Below are positions 41,601-58,858 of a stretch of 64,000 nucleotides of DNA, in pieces. Position numbers and translations under genes: made by a program. The notes under the pieces were generated by a model. That model was not told where the DNA came from. It did not search any database and was given only the letters and a program-made list of their open reading frames with translations. The stretch's first letter is position 1; every line of letters begins with the position of its first letter. Source of the DNA: Eledone cirrhosa (lineage: Eukaryota); the NCBI GenBank assembly GCA_964016885.1, contig OZ024745.1:1302001-1366000 (forward strand), given 5' to 3'.

Positions 41601-44600
41601 GTCTGTCTACACTACCACTGGCTGGGAGCACCACCACCACCACCACTGTCTGTCTACACTACCACTGGGTGGGAGCAGCACCACCACCACCACTGTCTGT
41701 CTACACTACCACTGGGTGGGAGCACCACCACCACTGTCTGTCTACAATACCACTGGGTGGGAGCACCACCACCACCACTGTCTGTCTACACTACCACTGG
41801 GTGGGAGCACCACCACCACCACTGTCTGTCTACACTACCACTGGGTGGGAGCAGCACCAACACCACTGTCTGTCTACACTACCACTGGGTGGGAGCAGCA
41901 CCACCACCACCACTGTCTGTCTACACTACCACTGGGTGGGAGCAGCACCACCACCACCACTGTCTGTCTACACTACCACTGGGTGGGAGCAGCACCACCA
42001 CCACCACTGTCTGTCTACACTACCACTGGGTGGGAGCACCACCACCACCACTGTCTGTCTACACTACCACTGGGTGGGAGCACCACCACCACCACCACTG
42101 TCTGTCTACACTACCACTGGCTGGGAGCACCACCACCACCACCACTGTCTGTCTACACTACCACTGGGTGGGAGCACCACCACCACCACCACTGTCTGTC
42201 TACACTACCACTGGGTGGGAGCACCACCACCACTGTCTGTCTACACTACCACTGGGTGGGAGCACCACCACCACCACCACTGTCTGTCTACACTACCACT
42301 GGGTGGGAGCAGCACCACCACCACCACTGTCTGTCTACACTACCACTGGGTGGGAGCACCACCACCACCACTGTCTGTCTACACTACCACTGGGTGGGAG
42401 CAGCACCACCACCACCACTGTCTGTCTACACTACCACTGGGTGGGAGCACCACCACCACCACCACTGTCTGTCTACACTACCACTGGGTGGGAGCAGCAC
42501 CACCACCACCACTGTCTGTCTACACTACCACTGGGTGGGAGCACCACCACCACCACTGTCTGTCTACACTACCACTGGGTGGGAGCAGCACCACCACCAC
42601 CACTGTCTGTCTACACTACCACTGGGTGGGAGCACCACCACCACCACTGTCTGTCTACACTACCACTGGGTGGGAGCAGCACCACCACCACTGTCTGTCT
42701 ACACTACCACTGGGTGGGAGCACCACCACCACCACTGTCTGTCTACACTACCACTGGGTGGGAGCAGCACCACCACCACCACTGTCTGTCTACACTACCA
42801 CTGGGTGGGAGCACCACCACCACCACCACTGTCTGTCTACACTACCACTGGGTGGGAGCACCACCACCACCACCACTGTCTGTCTACACTACCACTGGGT
42901 GGGAGCACCACCACCACCACTGTCTGTCTACACTACCACTGGGTGGGAGCACCACCACCACCACCACTGTCTGTCTACACTACCACTGGGTGGGAGCACC
43001 ACCACCACTGTCTGTCTACACTACCACTGGGTGGGAGCAGCACCACCACCACCACTGTCTGTCTACACTACCACTGGGTGGGAGCAGCACCACCACCACC
43101 ACTGTCTGTCTACACTACCACTGGGTGGGAGCAGCACCACCACCACTGTCTGTCTACACTACCACTGGGTGGGAGCACCACCACCACCACTGTCTGTCTA
43201 CACTACCACTGGGTGGGAGCAGCACCACCACCACCACTGTCTGTCTACACTACCACTGGGTGGGAGCACCACCACCACCACCACTGTCTGTCTACACTAC
43301 CACTGGGTGGGAGCACCACCACCACCACTGTCTGTCTACACTACCACTGGGTGGGAGCAGCACCACCACCACCACTGTCTGTCTACACTACCACTGGGTG
43401 GGAGCACCACCACCACCACCACTGTCTGTCTACACTACCACTGGGTGGGAGCACCACCACCACCACTGTCTGTCTACACTACCACTGGGTGGGAGCACCA
43501 CCACCACCACCACTGTCTGTCTACACTACCACTGGGTGGGAGCAGCACCACCACCACCACTGTCTGTCTACACTACCACTGGGTGGGAGCAGCACCACCA
43601 CCACCACTGTCTGTCTACACTACCACTGGGTGGGGAGCACCACCACCACCACCACTGTCTGTCTACACTACCACTGGGTGGGAGCAGCACCACCACCACC
43701 ACTGTCTGTCTACACTACCACTGGGTGGGAGCAGCACCACCACCACCACTGTCTGTCTACACTACCACTGGGTGGGAGCACCACCACCACTGTCTGTCTA
43801 CACTACCACTGGGTGGGAGCAGCACCACCACTGTCTGTCTACACTACCACTGGGTGGGAGCAGCACCACCACCACTGTCTGTCTACACTACCACTGGGTG
43901 GGAGCAGCACCACCACCACCACTGTCTGTCTACACTACCACTGGGTGGGAGCACCACCACCACCACCACTGTCTGTCTACACTACCACTGGGTGGGAGCA
44001 GCACCACCACCACCACTGTCTGTCTACACTACCACTGGGTGGGAGCAGCACCACCACCACCACTGTCTGTCTACACTACCACTGGGTGGGAGCAGCACCA
44101 CCACCACTGTCTGTCTACACTACCACTGGGTGGGAGCAGCACCACCACCACTGTCTGTCTACACTACCACTGGGTGGGAGCAGCACCACCACCACTGTCT
44201 GTCTACACTACCACTGGGTGGGAGCACCACCACCACCACCACTGTCTGTCTACACTACCACTGGGTGGGAGCAGCACCACCACCACCACTGTCTGTCTAC
44301 ACTACCACTGGGTGGGAGCAGCACCACCACCACCACTGTCTGTCTACACTACCACTGGGTGGGAGCAGCACCACCACCACCACTGTCTGTCTACACTACC
44401 ACTGGGTGGGAGCACCACCACCACCACCACTGTCTGTCTACACTACCACTGGGTGGGAGCACCACCACCACCACCACTGTCTGTCTACACTACCACTGGG
44501 TGGGAGCACCACCACCACCACCACTGTCTGTCTACACTACCACTGGGTGGGAGCAGCACCACCACCACCACTGTCTGTCTACACTACCACTGGGTGGGAG

Positions 44601-45538
44601 CACCACCACCACTGTCTGTCTACACTACCACTGGGTGGGAGCACCACCACCACCACCACTGTCTGTCTACACTACCACTGGGTGGGAGCAGCACCACCAA
44701 CACCACTGTCTGTCTACACTACCACTGGGTGGGAGCAGCACCACCACCACCACTGTCTATCTACACTACCACTGGGTGGGAGCAGCACCACCACCACCAC
44801 TGTCTGTCTACACTACCACTGGGTGGGAGCACCACCACCACCACCACTGTCTGTCTACACTACCACTGGGTGGGAGCACCACCACCACCACCACTGTCTG
44901 TCTACACTACCACTGGGGTGGGAGCAGCACCACCACCACCACTGTCTGTCTACACTACCACTGGGTGGGAGCAGCACCACCACCACCACTGTCTGTCTAC
45001 ACTACCACTGGGTGGGAGCACCACCACCACTGTCTGTCTACACTACCACTGGGTGGGAGCAGCACCACCACTGTCTGTCTACACTACCACTGGGTGGGAG
45101 CACCACCACCACCACCACTGTCTGTCTACACTACCACTGGTGGGAGCAGCACCACCAACACCACTGTCTGTCTACACTACCACTGGGTGGGAGCAGCACC
45201 ACCACCACCACTGTCTGTCTACACTACCACTGGGTGGGAGCAGCACCACCACCACCACTGTCTATCTACACTACCACTGGGTGGGAGCAGCACCACCACC
45301 ACTGTCTGTCTACACTACCACTGGGTGGGAGCACCACCACCACCACCACTGTCTGTCTACACTACCACTGGGTGGGAGCACCACCACCACCACCACTGTC
45401 TGTCTACACTACCACTGGGTGGGAGCAGCACCACCACCACCACTGTCTGTCTACACTACCACTGGGTGGAGCACCACCACCACCACTGTCTGTCTACACT
45501 ACCACTGGGTGGGAGCAGCACCAACACACTGTCTGTCT
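32659..45538. repeat. About 40-bp satellite with nested (CAG)(CAC)n microsatellite (about 320 copies, truncated by the gap)
   Basis: CTGTCTGTCTACACTACCACTGGGTGGGAG(CAG)0-2(CAC)n; units are mainly 37, 40 or 43 bp. Confidence 0.99.
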
Positions 45539-45738
45539 NNNNNNNNNNNNNNNNNNNNNNNNNNNNNNNNNNNNNNNNNNNNNNNNNNNNNNNNNNNNNN
45601 NNNNNNNNNNNNNNNNNNNNNNNNNNNNNNNNNNNNNNNNNNNNNNNNNNNNNNNNNNNNNNNNNNNNNNNNNNNNNNNNNNNNNNNNNNNNNNNNNNNN
45701 NNNNNNNNNNNNNNNNNNNNNNNNNNNNNNNNNNNNNN
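45539..45738. other. Assembly gap (200 N)
   Basis: Run of exactly 200 N between the satellite and a (TA)n tract; true size unknown. Confidence 1.
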
Positions 45739-46878
<1,140 letters not shown>

Positions 46879-47436
46879 CATGGTGGCTGCCAACTCGTTT
46901 TCGAGTACGGCCACTACTTTATATCCATGTAGGAGAACCCCTACCGATGCGCTGAACGAGTGTGACTTTTTAGTCCAGCCAGCGACTTGAAAACTCTGGT
47001 ACAAACACTACACTTGTGACAATTACTGACACATAGTGCTGGGCCCATGGTACCATGTGACGACAAGTGCAGAGAGATCTCCAGATATAAAGCAATGCCT
47101 GTGCCGTGAAGCTTTTATAGTGAGCAAAGGCACTGCACAAAGCCAGTCCCACTCTCTTAACCAAGATGATATTTACCAAAAAGAAGAACAAGTCAACATC
47201 ATTGGATACCATCAGGGTTGCAGGTGTTATATCAGAGTTTTCCTTCTCCTAGAATTCTGCCTTGACAAAGGCTAAGGGGTCATCTCTCCCGGTGATTTTG
47301 GATGGCCATTGACTATTAAGAGCTCCTTTGCCCTTTGACAGGTTTTGTTTTTAGTCCTGCAGGATGTCCAAAGTCACCCTCCTCACCAAGAAACCTTGGT
47401 GGGGTTGCCAGTTTAGTCGCCAACGACCCGACCATG
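46879..47436 (-). mobile_element. Internally deleted (bipartite) RTE-derived element, copy 1, 5'-truncated
   Basis: RTE 5'UTR-like motifs (CTAGGAGAAGGAAAACTCTGA) joined to a 3' end encoding [22 protein letters not shown] and the tail CTCGAAAACGAG...GCCACCATG(TA)n. Confidence 0.75.
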
Positions 47437-47438
47437 GG

Positions 47439-47506
47439 TATATACATACATACACATATATATACATACATACATACATATATACATACATACATACATA
47501 CATACA

Positions 47507-47538
<32 letters not shown>

Positions 47539-47934
47539 CACACATATATATATACATACATACACACATATATATATACATACATACATACATATATACA
47601 TACATACACACACATACATACACATATATACATACATACACATATACATACATACATATATACATACATACATACATACATACATACATACATACATACA
47701 TACATACATACATGACACACACACACACACATACATACATATACATATACATACATATATATACACATACATACATACATATATACATACATACACATAT
47801 ATATACATACATACGTACATACATATACACACATATACATACATACATACACATATACATACACATATACATACATATATACATATACATACACACATAT
47901 ATACATATATACATACATACATACATACATACAA

Positions 47935-47967
<33 letters not shown>

Positions 47968-49009
47968 CATACATATACACACACATACATACATATATAC
48001 ATACATACATACATACATATACATACACATACACACATACATACATACACATACATACACATATACATATACATATATACATACACACATACATATATAT
48101 AGACATATACACATACATATATATATATACACATACATATACATACATACACATACATACATATACATACACATACACATATATACATATACACATATAC
48201 ACATACACATATATATATATATATATATACACATACATACATACATATACACATACATACATATATACACATACATATACATATATACACATACATACAC
48301 ATACATACACATACACACACATACATATACATATATATATACATACACATACACATACATATATACATACATACACATACACATATACACATATACATAC
48401 ACATACATATATATACATACACATACACATACACACATACATATACACATACATACATATATACACATACACACACATATATATATATATATATATACAT
48501 ACATATATATACACATACATACACATACACATATATATATATACATACACATACATATACATACATACACATACATATACACATATACACATACATATAC
48601 ATACATACACATACATATACATATACAGACATACACATACATATACATACATACACATACATACACATACATACACATACATATATATATACATATATAT
48701 ACACATACATATACATACATATATACATATACACATACATACACATATACATACATACATACATATATATACACATATACATACACATACATATACATAC
48801 ATACATACATATATACATACATACACATATACACACATACATACATACATACATATACATATACATACATACACACACACATACATACATGCATACATAC
48901 ATATATACACATATACATACACACATACATACACATATACATACATACATACATACATACATATACACATACATACATACATACATACATACATACATAC
49001 ATACATACA

Positions 49010-49041
<32 letters not shown>

Positions 49042-51101
49042 CATACATACATACATATATATACATACATACATACATACACATACATACATACATATAC
49101 ATACATACATACATACATATACATAGATACATATATATACATACATACACATACATACATACACATATACATACATATATACATACATATATATACATAC
49201 ATACACATATACATACATACATATACACACATACATACATATATACATACATACATACATATACATACATACATACATACATACATACATACACATACAT
49301 ATACATACATACATATACACATACATACATATACACATGTGTGCATGTATATGCGTGCATGCACATACATACATATATATATACATACACACACATACAC
49401 ACACACACATACATACACATATATATACATACACACATACATACATACACATATATATACATACACATACATATACATACACATATACATACATACACAC
49501 ATACATACATACACACATACATACATACACATATACATACATACACATATATATACATACACATACATATACATACATATACACATACATACATATACAC
49601 ATACATACATATATATATACATACACATATATATATATACACATACATACATATACACATACATACACATACACATACATACACATACACATACATACAT
49701 ATACATATACATACATACATACACACATATATATATACATACACACATATATATATACATACACACACATATAGATATATACATACACATATATACATAG
49801 ACACATACATACACATATATATACATATACATACACATATATACACATACATACACATATACATATATATATACATACACATATACACATACATACACAT
49901 ATACATATACATACCCACACATATATATATATATATACACATATATACATACATACATACACACATATACACATACATACACATATACATATACATACAC
50001 ATATACATATACATACACATATATACATACATACACATATATATATACATACACATATATATATACATACACACATACATATACATACATATATACACAT
50101 ATACATACATATACACATACACACATATACACATATATACATACATACATATACATATATATACACATACATACATACATACATATATATACATATACAT
50201 ACATACACATACAAATACATACATATATATATATATATATACACACACATACATATACATACATATACATACATATACATACATATACATACACATACAT
50301 ACATATATATACACATATACATATACACACATATACATACACATACACATACATATACATATACATACATATACATATATATATATATACACATATACAC
50401 ACATATACACATACATATACATATATATATACATATATACACATACATATACATACATATACATATACATACACGCACACATATATACATACATACACAT
50501 ACACATATATACACACATACACATACATATACATATACACATACACATACACATACATACATATATACACATACACATACATATATACATACACATACAT
50601 ATATACATATATATATATATACATATATATACATACATATACATATACATACATACATACATATATACATACATACATACATACATACACATACATACAT
50701 ACACATATACATACATATATACATATACATACATACACACATACATACATACATATACATATACATACATACATACACATATACATACATACATACATAC
50801 ATATATACACACATACATACATACACATACATATACACATACATACATATACACATACATACATATATATATACATATACACATACATACATATACACAT
50901 ACATACATACATATATACACATATATACACATACATACATACATATATATATACATACATACATACACACATACATACATATATATACATACATACATAC
51001 ATATACATACATACATACATATACACACATACACACATATACATACACACATACATATATACATACATACATACATATACATACATACATATACATACAT
51101 A
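47439..51101. repeat. 3.66-kb compound (TACA)/(TA)/(CA) microsatellite
   Basis: Almost pure purine-pyrimidine alternation, with G nearly absent on the plus strand. Forms the 3' tail side of copy 2. Confidence 0.98.
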
Positions 51102-51705
51102 CATGGTGGCTGCCAACTCGTTTTCGAGTACGGCCACTACTTTATATCCATGTAGGAGAACCCCTACCGATGCGCTGAACGAGTGTGACTTTTTAGTCCA
51201 GCCAGCGACTTGAAAACTCTGGTACAAACACTACACTTGTGACAATTATTGACACATAGTGCTTTACCCTTGATACCATGTGACGACAAGTGCAGAGAGA
51301 TCTCTGATACAAAGCAATGCCTGTGCCGTGAAGCTTTTATAGTGAGCAAAGGCACTGCACAAAGCCAGTCCCACTCTCTTAACCAAGATGATATTTACCA
51401 AAAAGAAGAACAAGTCAACATCATTGGATACCATCAGGGTTGCAGGTGTTATATCAGAGTTTTCCTTCTCCTAGAATTCTGCCTTGACAAAGGCTAAGGG
51501 GTCATCTCTCCCAGTGATTTTGGATGGCCATTGACTCTTATGAGCTCCTTTGCCCTTTGACAGGTTTTGTTTTTAGTCCTGCAGGATGTCCAAAGTCACC
51601 CTCCTCACCAAGAAGCCTTGGTGGGGTTGCCAGTTTAGTCGCCAACGACCCGACCATGAGACAGGTTGTACTGGGATACATGTTACCAGTAGCACCAAGT
51701 GCTAC
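51102..51705 (-). mobile_element. Internally deleted (bipartite) RTE-derived element, copy 2
   Basis: Highly similar to 46879-47436 with about 46 extra 5' bases. C2H2-like remnant in ORF 51164-51355. Confidence 0.78.
51630..51674 (-). ncRNA. HDV-like ribozyme remnant at the 5' end of the RTE-derived element
   Basis: CCAGT(P2)-ACA-ACCTGT-CTC-ATGGTC(P1 3')-GGG-TCG TTGG CGA(P4)-CTAA(J4/2)-ACTGG(P2'). P3 is mismatched and the P1 5' strand is absent. Confidence 0.5.
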
Positions 51706-53855
<2,150 letters not shown>

Positions 53856-54358
53856 ATCATCATCATCATCATCAGGTTTAGCGTCCGTGTTCCACGCTTG
53901 CATGGGTTTGGACGGGGGTTTTCCCACTTGAGGCAAGAGTGGTTGTCTTGCTCGCATAGGACTGTCTGGCGGGTTTTCTACAGTTGGATGCCCTTCCTAA
54001 CACCAACCACATTTACAGTGTGGGGCTGGGAGGTTTTTACCGTGTTGCCTACACGGCCACATTACAGCGTGGACTGTCTGGCGGGTTTTCTACAGCTGGA
54101 TGCCCTTCCTATCACCAACCACATTTACAGTGTGGGGCTGGGAGGTTTTTACCGTGTTGCCTACACGGCCACATTTACAGCGTGGACTGTGTGTTTTTTG
54201 TCGTGACACCTACACGATCTCATTTGTTTCGGCCTGGATGTTGTGGGACCAACATAACTTTACATTGAAAGGGGCGGTGTGGGTGGGGTGGAGGTTATGG
54301 GACGGGGGTGTGTTTTGATAGAGGTGCCTACTGACTGTAGTAGGTTTTTACTTTGTAT

Positions 54359-57308
54359 TTAGGTAAGGCGGGTCTTCTCTATTACTGAGTACCGCCAAAG
54401 GTCTCGGTCCAGTGACATTGTCTTGGAGAGGTGTAAGCGTGTGAGGTCGGAATTTATCAGCTCGTCCCATGTTTTTCTGGGTCTGCCTACTCCGTGGCTA
54501 CCGTCTATCTTTATTGCCCTGCACTTTGTTATACAGCTGTCGTCTTTCATGCGCATCACGTGACCGTACCAACGTAGCCTTCTCTCGAGTAAACAACATC
54601 TGATCCCTCTTATTTCTAATTTTTTCCTTAGCTCGTTTATGCTTTGCCGTTCACGTATATTACTATTGCACATCCAGCGGAGCATGCAAGCTTCGTTCCT
54701 CTCTAGTCTGCGTATATCCTCTGCACACAATGCCCAGGTCTCACTGCCATGCAGCATTGCTGTTCGTATGCAGGCATCGTATAACCTGCCTTTCATTTTT
54801 AGGGAGAACCCTCTAGCGGCTAATAGTGGTATAAGCTCTCTGAACTTTTTCCATCCAGTTCTGACTCTAGCTACTGTACTTTCAGAGCACCCTCCCCCAC
54901 TGCTGATTTTGTCACCCAGATAACGGAAGCTGTCCACTATTTCTATAGAACCCTCTGCGCAGTTGAAGGAGCTAGTATTTTGTGGGCACTTGCTGCTACT
55001 TATTGCACCAGAGCACCGGCCACATGTAAAATCTATGTTCTTAGTTAGCTTACCTGTGATCCCACTACATCTTTTATGCACCCATACTTTGCATTTGGGA
55101 CATAAAATGGAGTTTCTAGCTACGCCTTTCCTACACACTGAGCATGGCCATTTCCCCGATGGGACCGCCGCCTTATTTTCTTTCCTACAAACTAGAACTT
55201 TAGTCTTAGCCAGGTTAATTTTAAGGCCTTTTGATTCTAGGCCGTGCTTCCACGTTTGGAATTTCTTCTCTAGTTCGGTCATTGATTCAGCTATGAGCGT
55301 TAGATCATCTGCGTATAGGAGTTCCCATGGGCAGCCGGTCTTGAACTCCTCTGTTATAGCCCGAAGGGCAATAATAAATAGTAGGGGGCTAAGTACAGAG
55401 CCCTGATGGACACCAACTTTTACGCTAAACTCTTCACTATATTCGTTGTTAATTCTAACCTTACTGACTGTTTCTTTATACATGGCTTGTATAGCTCTCA
55501 CAAGCCATTCGTCAACACCTAGTTTTCTAAGAGACCACCAGATAATGGAACGGGGGACTCTGTCGAAGGCTTTCTCCAAGTCGACAAAAGCTAAGTATAG
55601 GGGTTTACTTTTAGCTAGGTACTTCTGTAGTTGTCGTACAATGAAAAGAGCGTCTGTGGTACTTTTGCCTGACACAAACCCGAACTGCATTTCATCTAGA
55701 TCAATTCTGTCTCTGATTAGTTGCGCTATTACTTTTTCCGTGACCTTCATGACCTGGTCGATTAATTTAATGCCTCTATAGTTACTCCTATCTAGGGCGT
55801 CTCCTTTTCCCTTATAGCAGTTAACGATGATGCTGCTACGCCATTCCTTCGGAACAACCCCATTCTGTACGACTTGGTTAACTATCCGGGTGACCATGGT
55901 GTGTCCCACCGAACCAGATGCCTTCAGCATCTCAGCAACTATTTCCGAAGGCCCAGCCGCCTTACCCGTCTTCATATCTTTGATTGCCTTACTTATTATA
56001 CTACCTTCAACTAACACTGCTGGTCCCTCTATTGGATCGATCTGGGGGAGACTGTCTTTCTCCCATTTGTTCTCCTCATTTAGAAGCCTTTCGTAGTGAC
56101 ACTTCCAAGCTACCTTCTTATCAGCGTCGGTGATGGCAAGTATGCCATCATCGTTAAGTACACACTTCTCCCCGACAATATCACGGTTTTCCTTGACACA
56201 TTGCCTGGCAATCCTGAACACCTCACGTTTTTGGTCCTCACGTTGTAGAACATGCTTGAACTTTCTTTTCTCTGCTTCCCTTCTTGCGAAGTACACTTGT
56301 CTCCTAGCTTCCCTCCTGGCCACTTGATAGTCTTCTCTACTTCCCCCATCCCGCCATACTTTCCAGGCCTGCTTTTTGGCCTTAATTGACTCCTCCACCT
56401 TACTGTTCCACCACCATGTTACTCTCCTCCTACCTACAGGCCTGCTCCAGCCACAGACTTCGTCTGCCGCCGTCAGCAGGTTTGCTCTCAGGAATTCCCA
56501 CTGTTCCTCTATATTATACGACTCTAATTGCTCTTCCTTACTGTCGAAAGCGTCAAGTAATTTGCTTTGAAATTTATTTCTGGCTATGGGGTCCTTTAGC
56601 TTCCATATTTTTCTCCTGAGGATAGTCCTCTTCCGCTGTCTAGTACGTCTCGTCCTGACTATGAGGTCGCTAATTATCAGTCTATGTTGGGAGGTGAATT
56701 CTTCATGGGGGTGGGATTTAGTGTTAACAACAGACACTCTGTCACGTCTTCTGGTAAGGATATAATCTACCGGGCAGTCCGGATTGTGGTGCGTACGCAG
56801 ATATTACTGTCACCGTAGTTTTATTGAGGACAAGTCTTATTTTAATTATTCTGTCGTTCACTCTATTTACGTCTATTATCTTATCTGCCCACTTTTCTGC
56901 TACCATGATTCCTACCCCACCCAACCCATTGTCATTTCCCACCCAGAAAAGCTTATAGCATCGCTCTTTACCCACGATGAATCTAGCCGACCCTCCCCTC
57001 CACCTGGTCTCTTGAATACAACAAACAACGACCTCCTTACGTTCAAGCATTTCTACAACCTCGTTAGAGCGACCCTTTAAGGTGCCTACATTCATGGTAC
57101 CAACTCTGAAGTTTTGGATTGCGTTTGGAGGGTGGGAGCGGTGGGGCGCGGGGGGGGGGGGGGTTATGTTAGCCATCCTGGGCCGAAACAAGGAGGAGTG
57201 CTTGCATTCTCGTCCACGAGGTGAATTTGGCTTTATCTTTGGCATTGTCGCTAAGCGTCCACATTTTTCTCTCTTCAACTCTCCAGAATTCCGTAGTCCA
57301 TCCATCAT
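54359..57308 (-). pseudogene. RTE ORF (APE endonuclease, RT, PHD-like insert), broken by a deletion and frameshift near 56771
   Basis: APE motifs GTMNV, IQETRW, GVG, SAYAPQ, then VDYIL and SQH in another frame with GDFN missing. RT motifs [45 protein letters not shown]. Confidence 0.9.
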
Positions 57309-57411
57309 ATCGAAAAGCAACCAGTTAAGCGATAGTATGGGCCTCTGACTTATGATTGGTCCACGTAATAATGGTGGTGCGTGGGGGCGGGAGGGAGGGA
57401 TGATGGGTTGT

Positions 57412-58858
<1,447 letters not shown>

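Noticed and set aside
1-45538. CRISPR-like appearance of the regular arrays
   Set aside because: There are no unique spacers and no cas genes, and the context is eukaryotic introns.
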